Shown here: positions 39,617 to 51,548 of the stretch, in pieces
Layout: every line of letters begins with the position of its first letter
Position numbering within the stretch: position 1 is the first letter of the stretch
Assembly (NCBI GenBank): GCA_032718475.1
Contig: JAUCBJ010001865.1
Span: 1 to 64,000 of the forward strand
Origin: Nemertoderma westbladi
Taxonomy: Eukaryota; Animalia; Xenacoelomorpha
DNA: 64,000 nucleotides
Reading direction: 5' to 3'
The notes under the pieces: generated by a model
Seen by the model: only the letters and a program-made list of their open reading frames with translations
What the model was told of the DNA's origin: nothing
The model's database searches: none
Made by a program: the position numbers and the translations under genes

Positions 39617-42600
39617 ACAATCCTCCACAGAATACACCAACACAGAAGGCGTTACAACCAACGGACGCAATCAGTACACAACAGTTCGCCGACATCCTGC
39701 GACCAGTTGTTAACAAGTTGGCTCAGATCGAGGAGCGTCTGGAGGAAGTTCAAACCGATAGTTCGAGGAACACTGAATTCGAACACAATAGACACCCGAA
39801 GGAACCACAAAGACCGGTACCTTCAAAACACACATCGTATCAGGGAAAAGCGCCAAGAAGGGAGAACATCAACCAGATTACCAACCAAGGACGCGAAACT
39901 CTGAACGTTGCCGAGGAGATAGCGAAATTCGCAGCTAGACAAGGACTACCGGTGCAACAACCACCTAAGTTTTCCGGTAGCTCAAAACACTGGCACACTT
40001 TCGTAGACTATATCGAATCTCAGATCGCCGTGTGCGCTTTTACATCACGGGAGAAGTTTAATTACCTGCTTCAAACATTGTCGGGAGAACCTAAACGTTT
40101 GGCGGAGACCTTCGTTGGTGTACCGGACGCCTTCGAACTAGCGTACGATCGTTTAACTTCGATCTACGGAGGTACAGTCAGCATGGCCAGGTCAGTGATA
40201 GAGGAACTCTGTAAGGGAGGGGCTATTACTAAACCCGTCGACTTATTGAAACTGGCTGACGAAATAAAGAACGCTATCACTACTTTGAGATCCATTGGAC
40301 AACTTGACTACGGGAATACCCCTACAGTCCTATTAAAGATCATAGGACGACTCCACCATCGACTTCGTCGGGAGTGGAGGAAGATTGAATACCAGCGGGA
40401 AGAGCGGGGTGGATTCTTAAAACTGGAAGATGTGTACCTTTTGATATCCAGGGAAGCAGTGGTAGAAACTCGATCCAACTACACTGACCAGCACATCGTA
40501 GCAGAAGGAATCACCTTGCCATCCTCAAACCGACAAAAACCCCAGACAACATCCACCAAGACGGCCACTTACGCCACATCGACGGAATCACGACAATTCT
40601 CGGACGGTAGTAGGGTATCTGCGCCCATTGGGATAAAACAGACTAGACAGCAACTCAGTGCAGACTTCAGCGGCTGCCAATACTGCGAGCATTTAGGCAA
40701 GCGGTATATCGGTCACAAGTTGAGAGGTTGTCGACAGTTTCGCGAGTTAAACTCGGAAGAACGACGGCTGCAGATACGGCCATTGGACTCTTGTTGGCGG
40801 TGTACGCGACACGGACACGTCCGCAAAGATTGCCCAAATACCGACACTTGTCCATCCTGTGGACGCAACCATGACGGTCTGCTCCACACAGACAGCCACA
40901 CGCCGACAAAACGCTTCGCCAGGGAACACCCGGAAGCAGCAGCGAAATGTAATACGGCCTACAAGAATCAAGAATCGAAAACGACTCCAACTTTCGTGAC
41001 ACATATTAAGGATTGCTTCTCAGAACAATCCGGATCGTCGGACGAAGAGTCAGAAGACGACGACGTATATTCCGATGGAGACGAACAACCATCGATCGCG
41101 CTTCTGACGACTGACCAACTAAAGGGATTCAGCGTAATTCCGATTAAGATTACTGGCACAAAAGGGAGCAAGAGAATCTACGCTATCCTGGATTCAGCCT
41201 CATCTCACAGCTACGTGGATGAGCAGATAGCTGATGTAGTGACGGATCTCAGACAAGGTAAGCGCGTCAGTTACACCGTAAGTAGTATGCACGGACAACG
41301 TGCAATACCAGTGACACGAGTTAAGTTGGACTTAGACACTCTTCTTCCAAAATCGCAACACAGCGAAAAGGAGAGGTCTTTGTTACCCTTTAAGGATTTG
41401 ACTTTTGCGGCCACCAAGGACTTTAGTAACCTACTAGGTCCTGTCCCAGAACAATCCTTGGAGGACCGTAAGTATTTCAGACACCTTGGTGTACCTGAAT
41501 GTCCTGTCAATTATAGATCGGTAGCCATGCTGATCGGGACAGACCAATTCAACCTACATCAAGTGTGGGAAACCAGACCATCGGCAGTCGTAGCGGGAAA
41601 CGCATACGCCTGTAGAACGCCGATAGGGTGGTATACTCGAGCGCCTGTGCGCACACTGGACATAAGTGACGAGGAAGACGATGTACAAAGTACATGTAGT
41701 TTATTAACTACAAATTCAATTCATTCCTTTTCACACGACGTGGACCATACTACCTTACATACAAAACATGACAGACGTGTAACTAGTATGATAAGTCACA
41801 AGGAGCAGCTAATCCACCAGGTGAGTTTAGAACTTGGGGAGAAGACGAGTCAGCCAGAGATTCCATCGACGACAGATGATAACGCCGGAAGGCTTGCGAG
41901 TCTACCTACACCAATAACCTCAACAATGCCCGTCGATATCGATGATGACGCGTTGAGAAATCATCAAGTGGAACAAGCTGTATTGGACAAAGAATTAACG
42001 GAGAAGACTATCAGGTGGTTAGAACAAGATACAGCTGAACCTGGTAGCTACGAACCATGTATGTCGGAACAGGAGAAACAATCTTTGAAGATCATGGAAG
42101 ATACTATCCGCCAGACGAAAGACGGACATTATGAGGTAGGGATGTTATGGCGTAGCCAAAGTCCTAAACTCATAAATAACTATCCACTAGCTTTAAGACG
42201 TTTACACTCGATACGACAACGTCTATTAAAGGACGAGAAAGCCCATCTGCAGTATAACACTCAGATGGAGACGTATTTGTCCAAGGGATACGCTATCCGA
42301 ATGACTAACCCAGAGATAGTAACTGACCAGACATACTACTTGCCACATCATTTCGTGAGACACCCCGACAAACCAGACAAAGTACGTGTAGTCAATGACT
42401 ATGCGGCTCTGTTTGAGGGAATGTCCCTCAATAGCGAGTTGATGGATGGACCAAACATGAATAATTATCTTATGGGGGTGATTATGCGCTTCCGTCAGCG
42501 TCAAGTAGCCTTTACTTGCGACGTCGAAGCTATGTTTCACCAAGTGAGAGCGTTAGAGCAAGACAGAGACAGTTTGAGGTTCCTCTGGTATCCGGAAGGA

Positions 42601-45600
42601 GACTTAAGTCTACCACCGGCGACTTACCAAATGCAAGTTCGCGTTTTCGGTGCCAGAGACAGCCCAAACTGTACAATGTATGCCCTAAAGCAAGCCGCTA
42701 GGGATCAGAAACACCTGTATGACCCAGAGATAATTAAGATTGTGGAACGTGACTTTTACGTCGACGACGGTTTACAGAGTTGCGACACAGTAGAACGTGC
42801 TACAACAGTAGCACATCAATTACGGGACTGCTTAGCGGGCGGAGGTTTTAACCTCACCAAATTCGCCTCAAACAGTGCCGAATTAGTAGACTCATTCGGA
42901 ACGACTGAGCGTGGAGGTGGTGACATAGACCTAGAGTTCGAACCACTACCGACGACCAAGGTGTTGGGGCTCTTTTGGGACCCAAACACGGACAACTTTC
43001 GAGTGAAGGTAAGACTGGACAGTCAAGAAAACACACTGACAAAGAGATCATGCTTGTCAAAATTGAGCCGATTGTTCGATCCATTAGGATTCATCAGTCC
43101 AATAATACTGCAAGCCCGCATTTATATGCGCAGTATTTGGAAGGATGGACTGACATGGGACGAGCCGATCTCATCAGACCAAGTGGACTTATGGAAGACC
43201 TGGGAGGCAGAATTATCTTCGCTAGAGGATTATTCCATACCCAGAGTCTACTTTCCATTACAAACAACATTTCCTGACAGCTTGGAATTACACTGTTTTT
43301 CCGACGCCAGTGACAACGGTTTTGGTGTGGCAGCGTACTTGCGCAGACAAGTAGACTCAGAAGAATTCGATGTTTCGCTCATTACTTCTAAGGCAAAAAC
43401 AATGCCTACTAAGTATATGACGACACCACGAGCTGAGCTACAAGCCGCAACCCTGTCAACCACCATCGTGAACCTTATACAGACGGAACTACAGTCAAGT
43501 TTACAGATATTTTATTGGACTGACGCGATGTTGGTTTTATTTTACATAAACAACGACACACTTGAATTCAAGACATTCGTAGCTAACCGTCGCGCAGAAA
43601 TTCTAGACCGTTCAATAAAGGAAGATTGGCGACATTGTCCCGGACCACAAAACCCAGCCGATATTGCGTCGCGAGGAATGATGCCTGAGGAATTCTGTAA
43701 ACCGGAGAACAAAGAATTTTGGCAACACGGACCCCAATTCTTGCAGAAATCGACACAAGATTGGCCACCGTTATACGACAGCAAGTCTAACACCATCCCT
43801 AAAGACGCGGAAATTAAAAAACCAAAAAAGGGGAAGGCAAAGAAAAAGACGACGGCGGCTAAACTCAAGAAAAAACCGAAGGCGAAATGGAAAGATATAA
43901 CTTCAAAGGTCAAGAACGGAAGACTTGCGAGCCTTTCTACACCAGACATATCGCCAGACATATCGCCAGACGGTCAAACAGACACGTTACTAGACGGTCA
44001 ACCAGACGTTTTGCCAGACATGTCACAAAATGTTCTACCAGACACTAGTGACATATTGACAAATAGTAAAGCCGCAGTTTCCCTATTGGAGCGGCCTTGT
44101 ATTGACAAACTACCAATTTTGACACACTTGAGCAACCATAAGCACGGTGAAACCTCATGTATTACAGATGTGGGTAGTACCTACGCTAATGTAAATACAG
44201 GTGTTACTCTGCGCTCAAGAGACATACCAAACTTGCAACCTATGGTGAGACCCGGGATTAATATCGGCAGAAAATTAAGTTTACCGAAACCCACTGACCC
44301 CATAGAGTTCAAACCACCATTAACGATCGACTTACAAAGTACTGACAATCAAGGTATGAAGACGAAGAAGGACAAATTACTTGTAGACCCGGACGGATCA
44401 ACAGTCAACAAGGGAATACTTACCGGCGGACCCGTGGGCCCTTCTAGTAAATCAAAACCTTCCAAATTCTTTGACTTACCTGATGACGTCACAAATACTC
44501 ACGTCGACCGTATTGTAAACTTAACAGACTCTTGGACAAACGCTTGCCGAAAATTAGCGTGGATTGTACGTTTTGTACAATACGTTAAAGGCAAACGAGA
44601 CTTTACACGTCGACTTACATTGACTGAGATTGACAGGTGTGAGATTAAATTAATTCGCCATTACCAACTGCGATATTTCGCGCGCGAATTCACATCTATA
44701 AATCAAGGTCAACCAATCAAGTCGTCACCAATATTGAGTTGGAGTCCGATAATTTATAATGGCTTAATTTGTCATAAATCTCGGCTTCAGAACATTGACT
44801 TTAACACAAACTTTAGATACCCAATAATAATACCACAGCATCACGAACTACAATGTGCAATGATACTGGACGCACATTTACATCTAAAACACGCTGGAAG
44901 ACACCACTGTCTTTCCTACTTACGTACAAGATTTGTATTAATTAGACCCAGTAAAGCGTTAAGTTCAGTGACACGTACGTGTATTATTTGTAAAAAGGTA
45001 CATTCTAGAATAGGTACCCAAGAAATGAGTGAACTTCCACAAGCACGACTTCAAGCATTCAGACCACCTTTTACAGAGACTGGAATTGATTGCTTTGGTC
45101 CCATACATACGAAACGTGGACGTATACTAGTAAAACGCTGGGGACTGATTTTCACATGTATGTCCAGTAGGGCAGTTCATATTGAACGTGTGATGGATCT
45201 TTCCACCAACGCGTTTATACTAGCATTGCGGCGATTTATCGCTAGACGCGGACTAGTGAAATGCTTGTACTCAGACCAAGGGATAAACTTTGTTGGTGCT
45301 CGAAATGAGATTGCTAGAGCCTTTAAGAAATTAGATCATGATCAAATCTCAAACGAACTACGTCCTCACAAGATTGTTTGGAAGTTTAATCCTCCAGATA
45401 GTCCATGGAGAGGCGGAGTCTGGGAGAGATTGATTAGATCTATAAAGACAGCCATGGCAAAGGTCATTCCAGTAAACCACATATTGACAGACGACCAACT
45501 GACAACACTGTTTGTTGAAATCGAGGCAATACTAAATACTAGACCAATAGTATTAGTACCCGATGACAAACAATCTCAGTTTGCTTTGACACCGGCACAC

Positions 45601-46011
45601 CTGCTTATGCAGGCACCGACCACATTGACGCCTATTTCTATTCCAATAGAAGGCGATAGCTACGGTAGAAAAGCGTGGAAAATCACGCAACTACTAGCTA
45701 ACAAATTCTGGGAAATATGGCAAAACCATTATTTGCCCTCTATTTCTGCCAGAACAAACTGGTAAAATAACACCCGCGCATTAAAGCCGGGAGATCACGT
45801 GCTGTTAGCGGAAGTGAATCTAAAAAGACGCTTCTGGATAACAGGTGTAATTTTAGCCACACATCCATCTATGGATGGAGTGACAAGAACTGTAACGGTA
45901 CGGACAATTGACGGTCGTACAGTAGACAGACCGACTCAACGTCTCGTACTTCTTGAAGAGACTCGTAACGAGTCTGGAGACTACAAATCTCCAACTAATA
46001 TTAGTAAATAA
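39415..46011 (+). CDS. BEL/Pao Gag-Pol polyprotein with a premature stop at 45763-45765
   Basis: Gag PKFSG..W..F region; CCHC knuckles CWRCTRHGHVRKDC and CPSCGRNHDGLLH; protease ILDSAS; RT YYLPHH, DVEAMFHQV, FYVDD; RNase H LHCFSDAS, PRAELQAA, NPADIASRG; integrase HLHLKH...CIIC, GIDCFGP, SDQG, GGVWERLI. The C-terminal LKPGDHVLL...DGVTRTVTVRT continues in frame after TAA. Confidence 0.93.
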
Positions 46012-46672
46012 TTAGGAGTTTACAAATAGATTTCCACGTACCTGTACACTGTAGTAAGGACAGCGGTAGAATTCCATTGTCTTTATATGTGAACATTGAG
46101 GGTAGTACCCTTATGTGTCACATAGGAGCGGGATTTGTAGGTATAAGAAATGGAATTCTACTTGGAACTCACAATATTGAGACATTTTCGAAATTTTAGA
46201 CAATCCATTTGGATTTGAAAAATTTTTAAAATTTTCTCCAGTGAATAGATTTCAGGGTACAGTCGGGTGGAATTTAAAATTAGAGAAACAAGAGAGGAAG
46301 ACTTGCGAGCCTTTCTTAAAATTTTAATTAAATTTTACACGGTCTTGTTTCAATAAGTTACGTCAATAAATAGACTCCCCTATATTTATTACTAATTCTT
46401 GATTGCTTATTTTCTGATAATAGTTTGGGATCAAAAAGTGAGTATTTTAGACTCACAGCCAGTTTAGCCCAAATTCGTTTTTATTTCGGCAAAAAATTTT
46501 AGATAAGAAGCAGCGTGTCATTAAAGAAACCCTAGATCTTAGGCTATGGGTAGGAGGTTAGAGCGTTGTCGAGCCCAAAGGGCAGACGAAACTCTCACGT
46601 CTTCTCACAACTAACTACAAACTCTGTTGTATTCCCTCTAGTAGTAATGATTATGTAACTACACCCCTAATT

Positions 46673-49600
46673 ATGGAGAAAGGGATACAAGGAGAGCCGA
46701 GATGGGGATATGATATCCAAGAGGAGGCAGCAGCGCCATTCGAAAGATTTGGAGCCAAGGACTACACTATATTTGGTATAAAAGAATTATCAGAAAGTAC
46801 TGCGAAACTCGCGAGAACTAAATATGACTCAAATGTATTAAAGAGAAGACAAAATGCATTAAACGAAAGAATCGAAAGTTTGCGCAAAACCTTCAACGAA
46901 CTTTACCCGTACGACGCTTTGTGTGATACGGGAGACATTAGCAAAGACCCCGATACTGAAATTAGTCGTTTGTATCATACCATGCAATACCTGAAGGCGC
47001 ACGAACCTATGCCCGCGGTAAGAGATGAATTTGATGGAATGCATCTTTACAGACGAACTCGAGGGGACGATAGAGAAACCAAGGAAGCATTTTCAGTTTA
47101 TAAACTTTATTATCAATGCGGTTCTTGTATGCGTGAACAACGAAATGCGATTCCGATGCGTTATTCCGATACGATCGCATTTCGTTGTTCACGCATACAA
47201 GAACCGCATTGATAATAAAGTTTATAAACTGAAAATGCTTCCTTGGTTTCTCTATCGTCCCCTCGAGTTCGTCTGTAAAGATGCATTCCATCAAATTCAT
47301 CTCTTACCGCGGGCATAGGTTCGTGCGCCTTCAGGTATTGCATGGTATGATACAAACGACTAATTTCAGTATCGGGGTCTTTGCTAATGTCTCCCGTATC
47401 ACACAAAGCGTCGTACGGGTAATAAGGAAAATCCCGAACCGATATTGGCGAGGTGTTCGAACCATCAACAACTACGCTACCAGGAAGGAGGGTATCCTTT
47501 ATCGAATCCATATCATTCGTTTGCTATGACCGGACCAAAGGCGGGAGAAACTGTCGTTTACCCACCTAAGGTTGTTGAACCCGATGTATTTGAACTTACG
47601 CTGGAAGAGGCGAATCAGTCAACCCGCGAAAAGAAAGAAGCTCTTAGCCTATACAGAGCCTACAAGGCTTTCGAGAAAGGTGAGATGGAAGAATGGGGCG
47701 GAAGACTCGCGAGCCTACCTTACCATTGGACGTCACACGATCAAACTCCAGCTAAGGAGATGACACCGGAAGTTTTCGAGAGCATAAACTTTGCTCAAAA
47801 CGTTATTCAGAGACTACAGATTGCATCCCCGGAGAGGACAAGAGAAATGCAACCATATAGTACTTCAACTACGAAACCATTGAGTACGACACTCAATTTT
47901 CCTATTAGTATACCAGTCCGACAGGATACGACGTACGAAATACCCATCGTGGATCATCCAGAAATCATTTCAAACTTGGAGTTTCTTCCTGCAGTTGTTT
48001 TCAGCGATATGAGTAAGATATATGATTTACGTAGACATATTACTCAAAAGGTCGTGTACAACGTTCCACCTCATATTCAAGACTTTAAGGAACTGGATAG
48101 AGCTGGTGCCGATATAGCTCCGAGTAATTTGAAAGGATATTTAACCAAGACGATTCGTTTATGGATTGGAACCGGAACCTTCGAGTCGGATACAGATATT
48201 GCCGCGGATTGGCGAGGTAAGGTTATTCGTTTCGAAGATGATAAGGACATAGAGAAGATTTGGCAACCTTCGGAAGAATTGTTGGATGAATGGAATAGGA
48301 CGTTTAGATCGTTTCAGGAAAATGGTTACATGTTTTACGATAACGAGGGCGGCAGTCATCAACAGAGTTTGACTTCTAAGACTATACAAATTAGAGCGGC
48401 GGACGGAGTCCTGCACGTTTTCAGTAGACAGAGGAGCGACAAACGAATGCCGATACCTCCAGCGAATACAAAGCGACACCATCTTATCACTGACATAGTA
48501 AAGAAGATGGACCAAGCTTGTAATATCGACGCTAGAATGCTACCGAAGATGGTAAGAAACATGATTTTAGATAAAACTGTTGTAAAGATTGGATCAGGAG
48601 TAAGGGAGGACTTAATTAGCGACTTCGCCGGCATGACGGACAGCGATGACCGACTACCGACACCTTACGTCGACACTCGACCTCTTATTTTGTGGTCTAT
48701 AGAACAGGGATATTTTCGTGAGTATAATACTCAGAAGACTGGAACTGGATACATTTCCTACCTGTTATTCAATTGGGATTATAAGGAAAGTAAGAGAACC
48801 AAGTATATTGAGACTTATGGAGAAGGTGATACTCCAGATATGAGTGAGTTTGAATCACAGCTTAAATGGAGAGGATGCGTGTATTGGGCTATTACGTCAC
48901 CTCCAAGAGCGGTCTTACAATATTATTTAGCAATAGAGTCGTCAGTGAATGTTTGCCTAATCGCCGACATTGTGTCTCGGACTCTCAAAAGACATCCACT
49001 TTGTCTCGGAGAAGATCATACGTTCTACATGGAAGGGAGAATTCATACCGACGTGTTTAGACGATTCCTTGAACCCTTCTACAACTCCGACGCTCAGTGT
49101 AATGCCTTTACTCGAGCAGGATTTAGTATATTTCGAGACGTGTATCTTCGCTGTGCGGGATCTCTTATCGAAAGACCATCTATGTTTACATTGTTACCCT
49201 ATGAAGGAGAACGTATCGTGGAGATTACGGATGAATCACGGCAGACGCGCGCGCCTATCGGTCACCTTGGTGATGATTTCGAAGTAACTACTACGATCAC
49301 TGACGATCCTTTAGAGGAACTTCTTGAGATAGAAAGGAACCTCCCGAAGAAATCTCAGACGGAGATTCGACAACTTGAAGCAACAGATGCTATAGTTTGT
49401 ATACAACCTTCAGAAACCTACCAACCCATAGATCCAGATGATTACGATTATAGTGTGGGAGGAAGCGCTCGACCGATTGGAGATCTTATATACGAACGAG
49501 TGTGGTACCCTGCCAATACGATGTGTGGTAAATGTGGCGTCGCTGGACATCATATGACCAAGTGCAGTGGAAAGCACATTACTACGACTCAGCTAATCTG

Positions 49601-50459
49601 TGGATGGTGTGGAGATCAAGGGTCTCATACCTTTTATACTTGCTGGAGATTTATGGCTCAATGTACTTATTGCAATATAAAGGGACATCGAGCATCTGAA
49701 TGCCAACTAAGAGACATACCTTATGAACACGAATCTGTAAAACTCGTGAGAAAATTATTCGATGAGTGGGAAGATTTAGCCGACGAACATGTATCGGCAC
49801 AAAGAAGACGGTTTCCGATGAGGGCGCATCTTGGATTTTGGGCGGTAAATCCCCAAACGATGATGTCGGAAGGATACATCTCCGCTATGCCCCAATATGA
49901 CGAACTTATCGAGGTAGTCGATATTTTGCCCCACGACAGTGGATTCCGAGTAGTGCGCGAGTATCTGTTACAGATTCACCCGGATAACAAAAACACGTGG
50001 AATTTTCAGAAAGTCGTTAATCGCATCACGTATGGTGAATTCGATCGTTTCCGAACTGAAAAGCGGAATAAAGGAGCTTGGTTAACCGTCGCATGGGCGT
50101 ACCGAGCCGCGTTTTACCACAAACGTATACGAGCGAGCGTATTCGAGGAAGAGGAGGTCCTAGAGGCGACAAATATACCAGCCACTCCGGTTGCGCCGTC
50201 TGCACGTCACCCTCGGGAGGACGGACAGGGTAGGATCATACGGGTCCAGAAAGTGGGCCAACAGTTAAAGAAGTCTATTAATATAGAAGAACGCAAGGGA
50301 GCTGAGCCGACCATTCGAATTACTCGGGATACGGTATCGCTTCCTAGAGAACCAATAGGAGGATCGGGACATACACCAGCTGATCAAAGGGGGCGCAAGC
50401 TACTCTTGGGTCTGCGTCGTCCGCTTCCCGCGCGTTCCCAGACGTTCTACCAACTGTAG
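46673..50459 (+). CDS. Accessory ORF: WRN/EXD-like DEDD 3'-5' exonuclease fold plus three CCHC zinc knuckles; interrupted by a 259-bp insertion
   Basis: ExoI-like FYDNEG (about 48333-48350), LPKMVRNMILDKTVVKIGSGVREDL (ExoII-like), YVDT, QYYLAIE. Knuckles CGKCGVAGHHMTKC, CGWCGDQGSHTFYTC and CTYCNIKGHRASEC (49524-49703). Deleting 47164-47422 joins ORF 46673 in frame to ORF 47445-50459. Confidence 0.75.
46903..47422. repeat. Perfect inverted duplication, 249-bp arms, 22-nt loop
   Basis: 46903-47151 is the reverse complement of 47174-47422; the same peptides appear on both strands in the ORF track. Confidence 0.95.
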
Positions 50460-51548
50460 TGACAACTGATCGGTCACGAGGAATCGGTCGAGGTTTTGGG
50501 ATGCCAAATAGACGAATTTGCGAGGAAATAGTCGCACCGTCTCTCAACGTCCAAACGAAACCAGTGACTCGCCCCACGAGTCCCATATCGCGAGCAAAGT
50601 CACCTGTGCGCAGTTTTCGAGGACGCGGCAGGGCTCGATCAACTAAGCGATAAAAGGGAGGGCAAGGGTGGACGGAAGACTCGTGAGCCTTTCTTATGAT
50701 TTTGTGATTTATTTGAATTTATATTTATATTTGTGTTTATTCCGAACTTAAGCAATTTGTATTGTTCCGAATTTATGAAATTTAGAAAGTTTATATTTAG
50801 AAGGGACTTATATTTGAAAGATTTATGTTTCATATTTGAGATGCAAAGGAGTTTATATTATTCTAAACTTATGCAGTTTATATTTATATTTAGTAAAGAT
50901 TTATATTTGTAAGAATTTATATTTTATATTTGTAATTATTCCGAACTTATGCAATTTATATTGTTCCGAATACTATGCAATTTATATCTTATAAGCAGTA
51001 TTTGTATTTACAGTGAAATAGAAAGTAAGAGTAGATGGAAGACTCGTGTGCCTTTCTTATAGTTTCATTTGTAAAGTGTTATATTTTGTATTTAGAAAGT
51101 TTTATAGTTAGAAAGTTTTGTACTTAGAAAGACTCATATTTGTAATTATTCCGAACTTATGCAATCTACATTTAGGCACGAAAGTATTTGTAATTATTTG
51201 AATTTATGCAATATTTGAGATGCAATAGTAGATGGAAGACTCGCGAGCCTTTCTTATGATTTTCATTTATTTGTATTTGTAATTGTTTGAATTTATGCAA
51301 TATTGAGATGCAATAGATTTATATTGGTGAATTTAATTTAGATTTATATTGTACTTACTCAGTAAAGCCTTAACTACGTAAAGTTTGAATTTGTAATTAT
51401 TTTGTATCGAATCATTATGTAGAAAGGAAGTATTGTTTGAAATTTAATTGTAAATATGTAAGTACGCCCTAAGTATTCTATAGTTTGATTGATTATTGGT
51501 GAAAACCGTATATTTTATGCACGATAATATCCTGTATTCATGGAGCGG

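Noticed and set aside
47007-47529. Mirror-image ORFs on both strands as separate genes
   Set aside because: Products of the inverted duplication.
47445-50459. Accessory ORF as an envelope gene
   Set aside because: No signal peptide, furin/fusion peptide or TM anchor evident; it has exonuclease-like and CCHC motifs instead.
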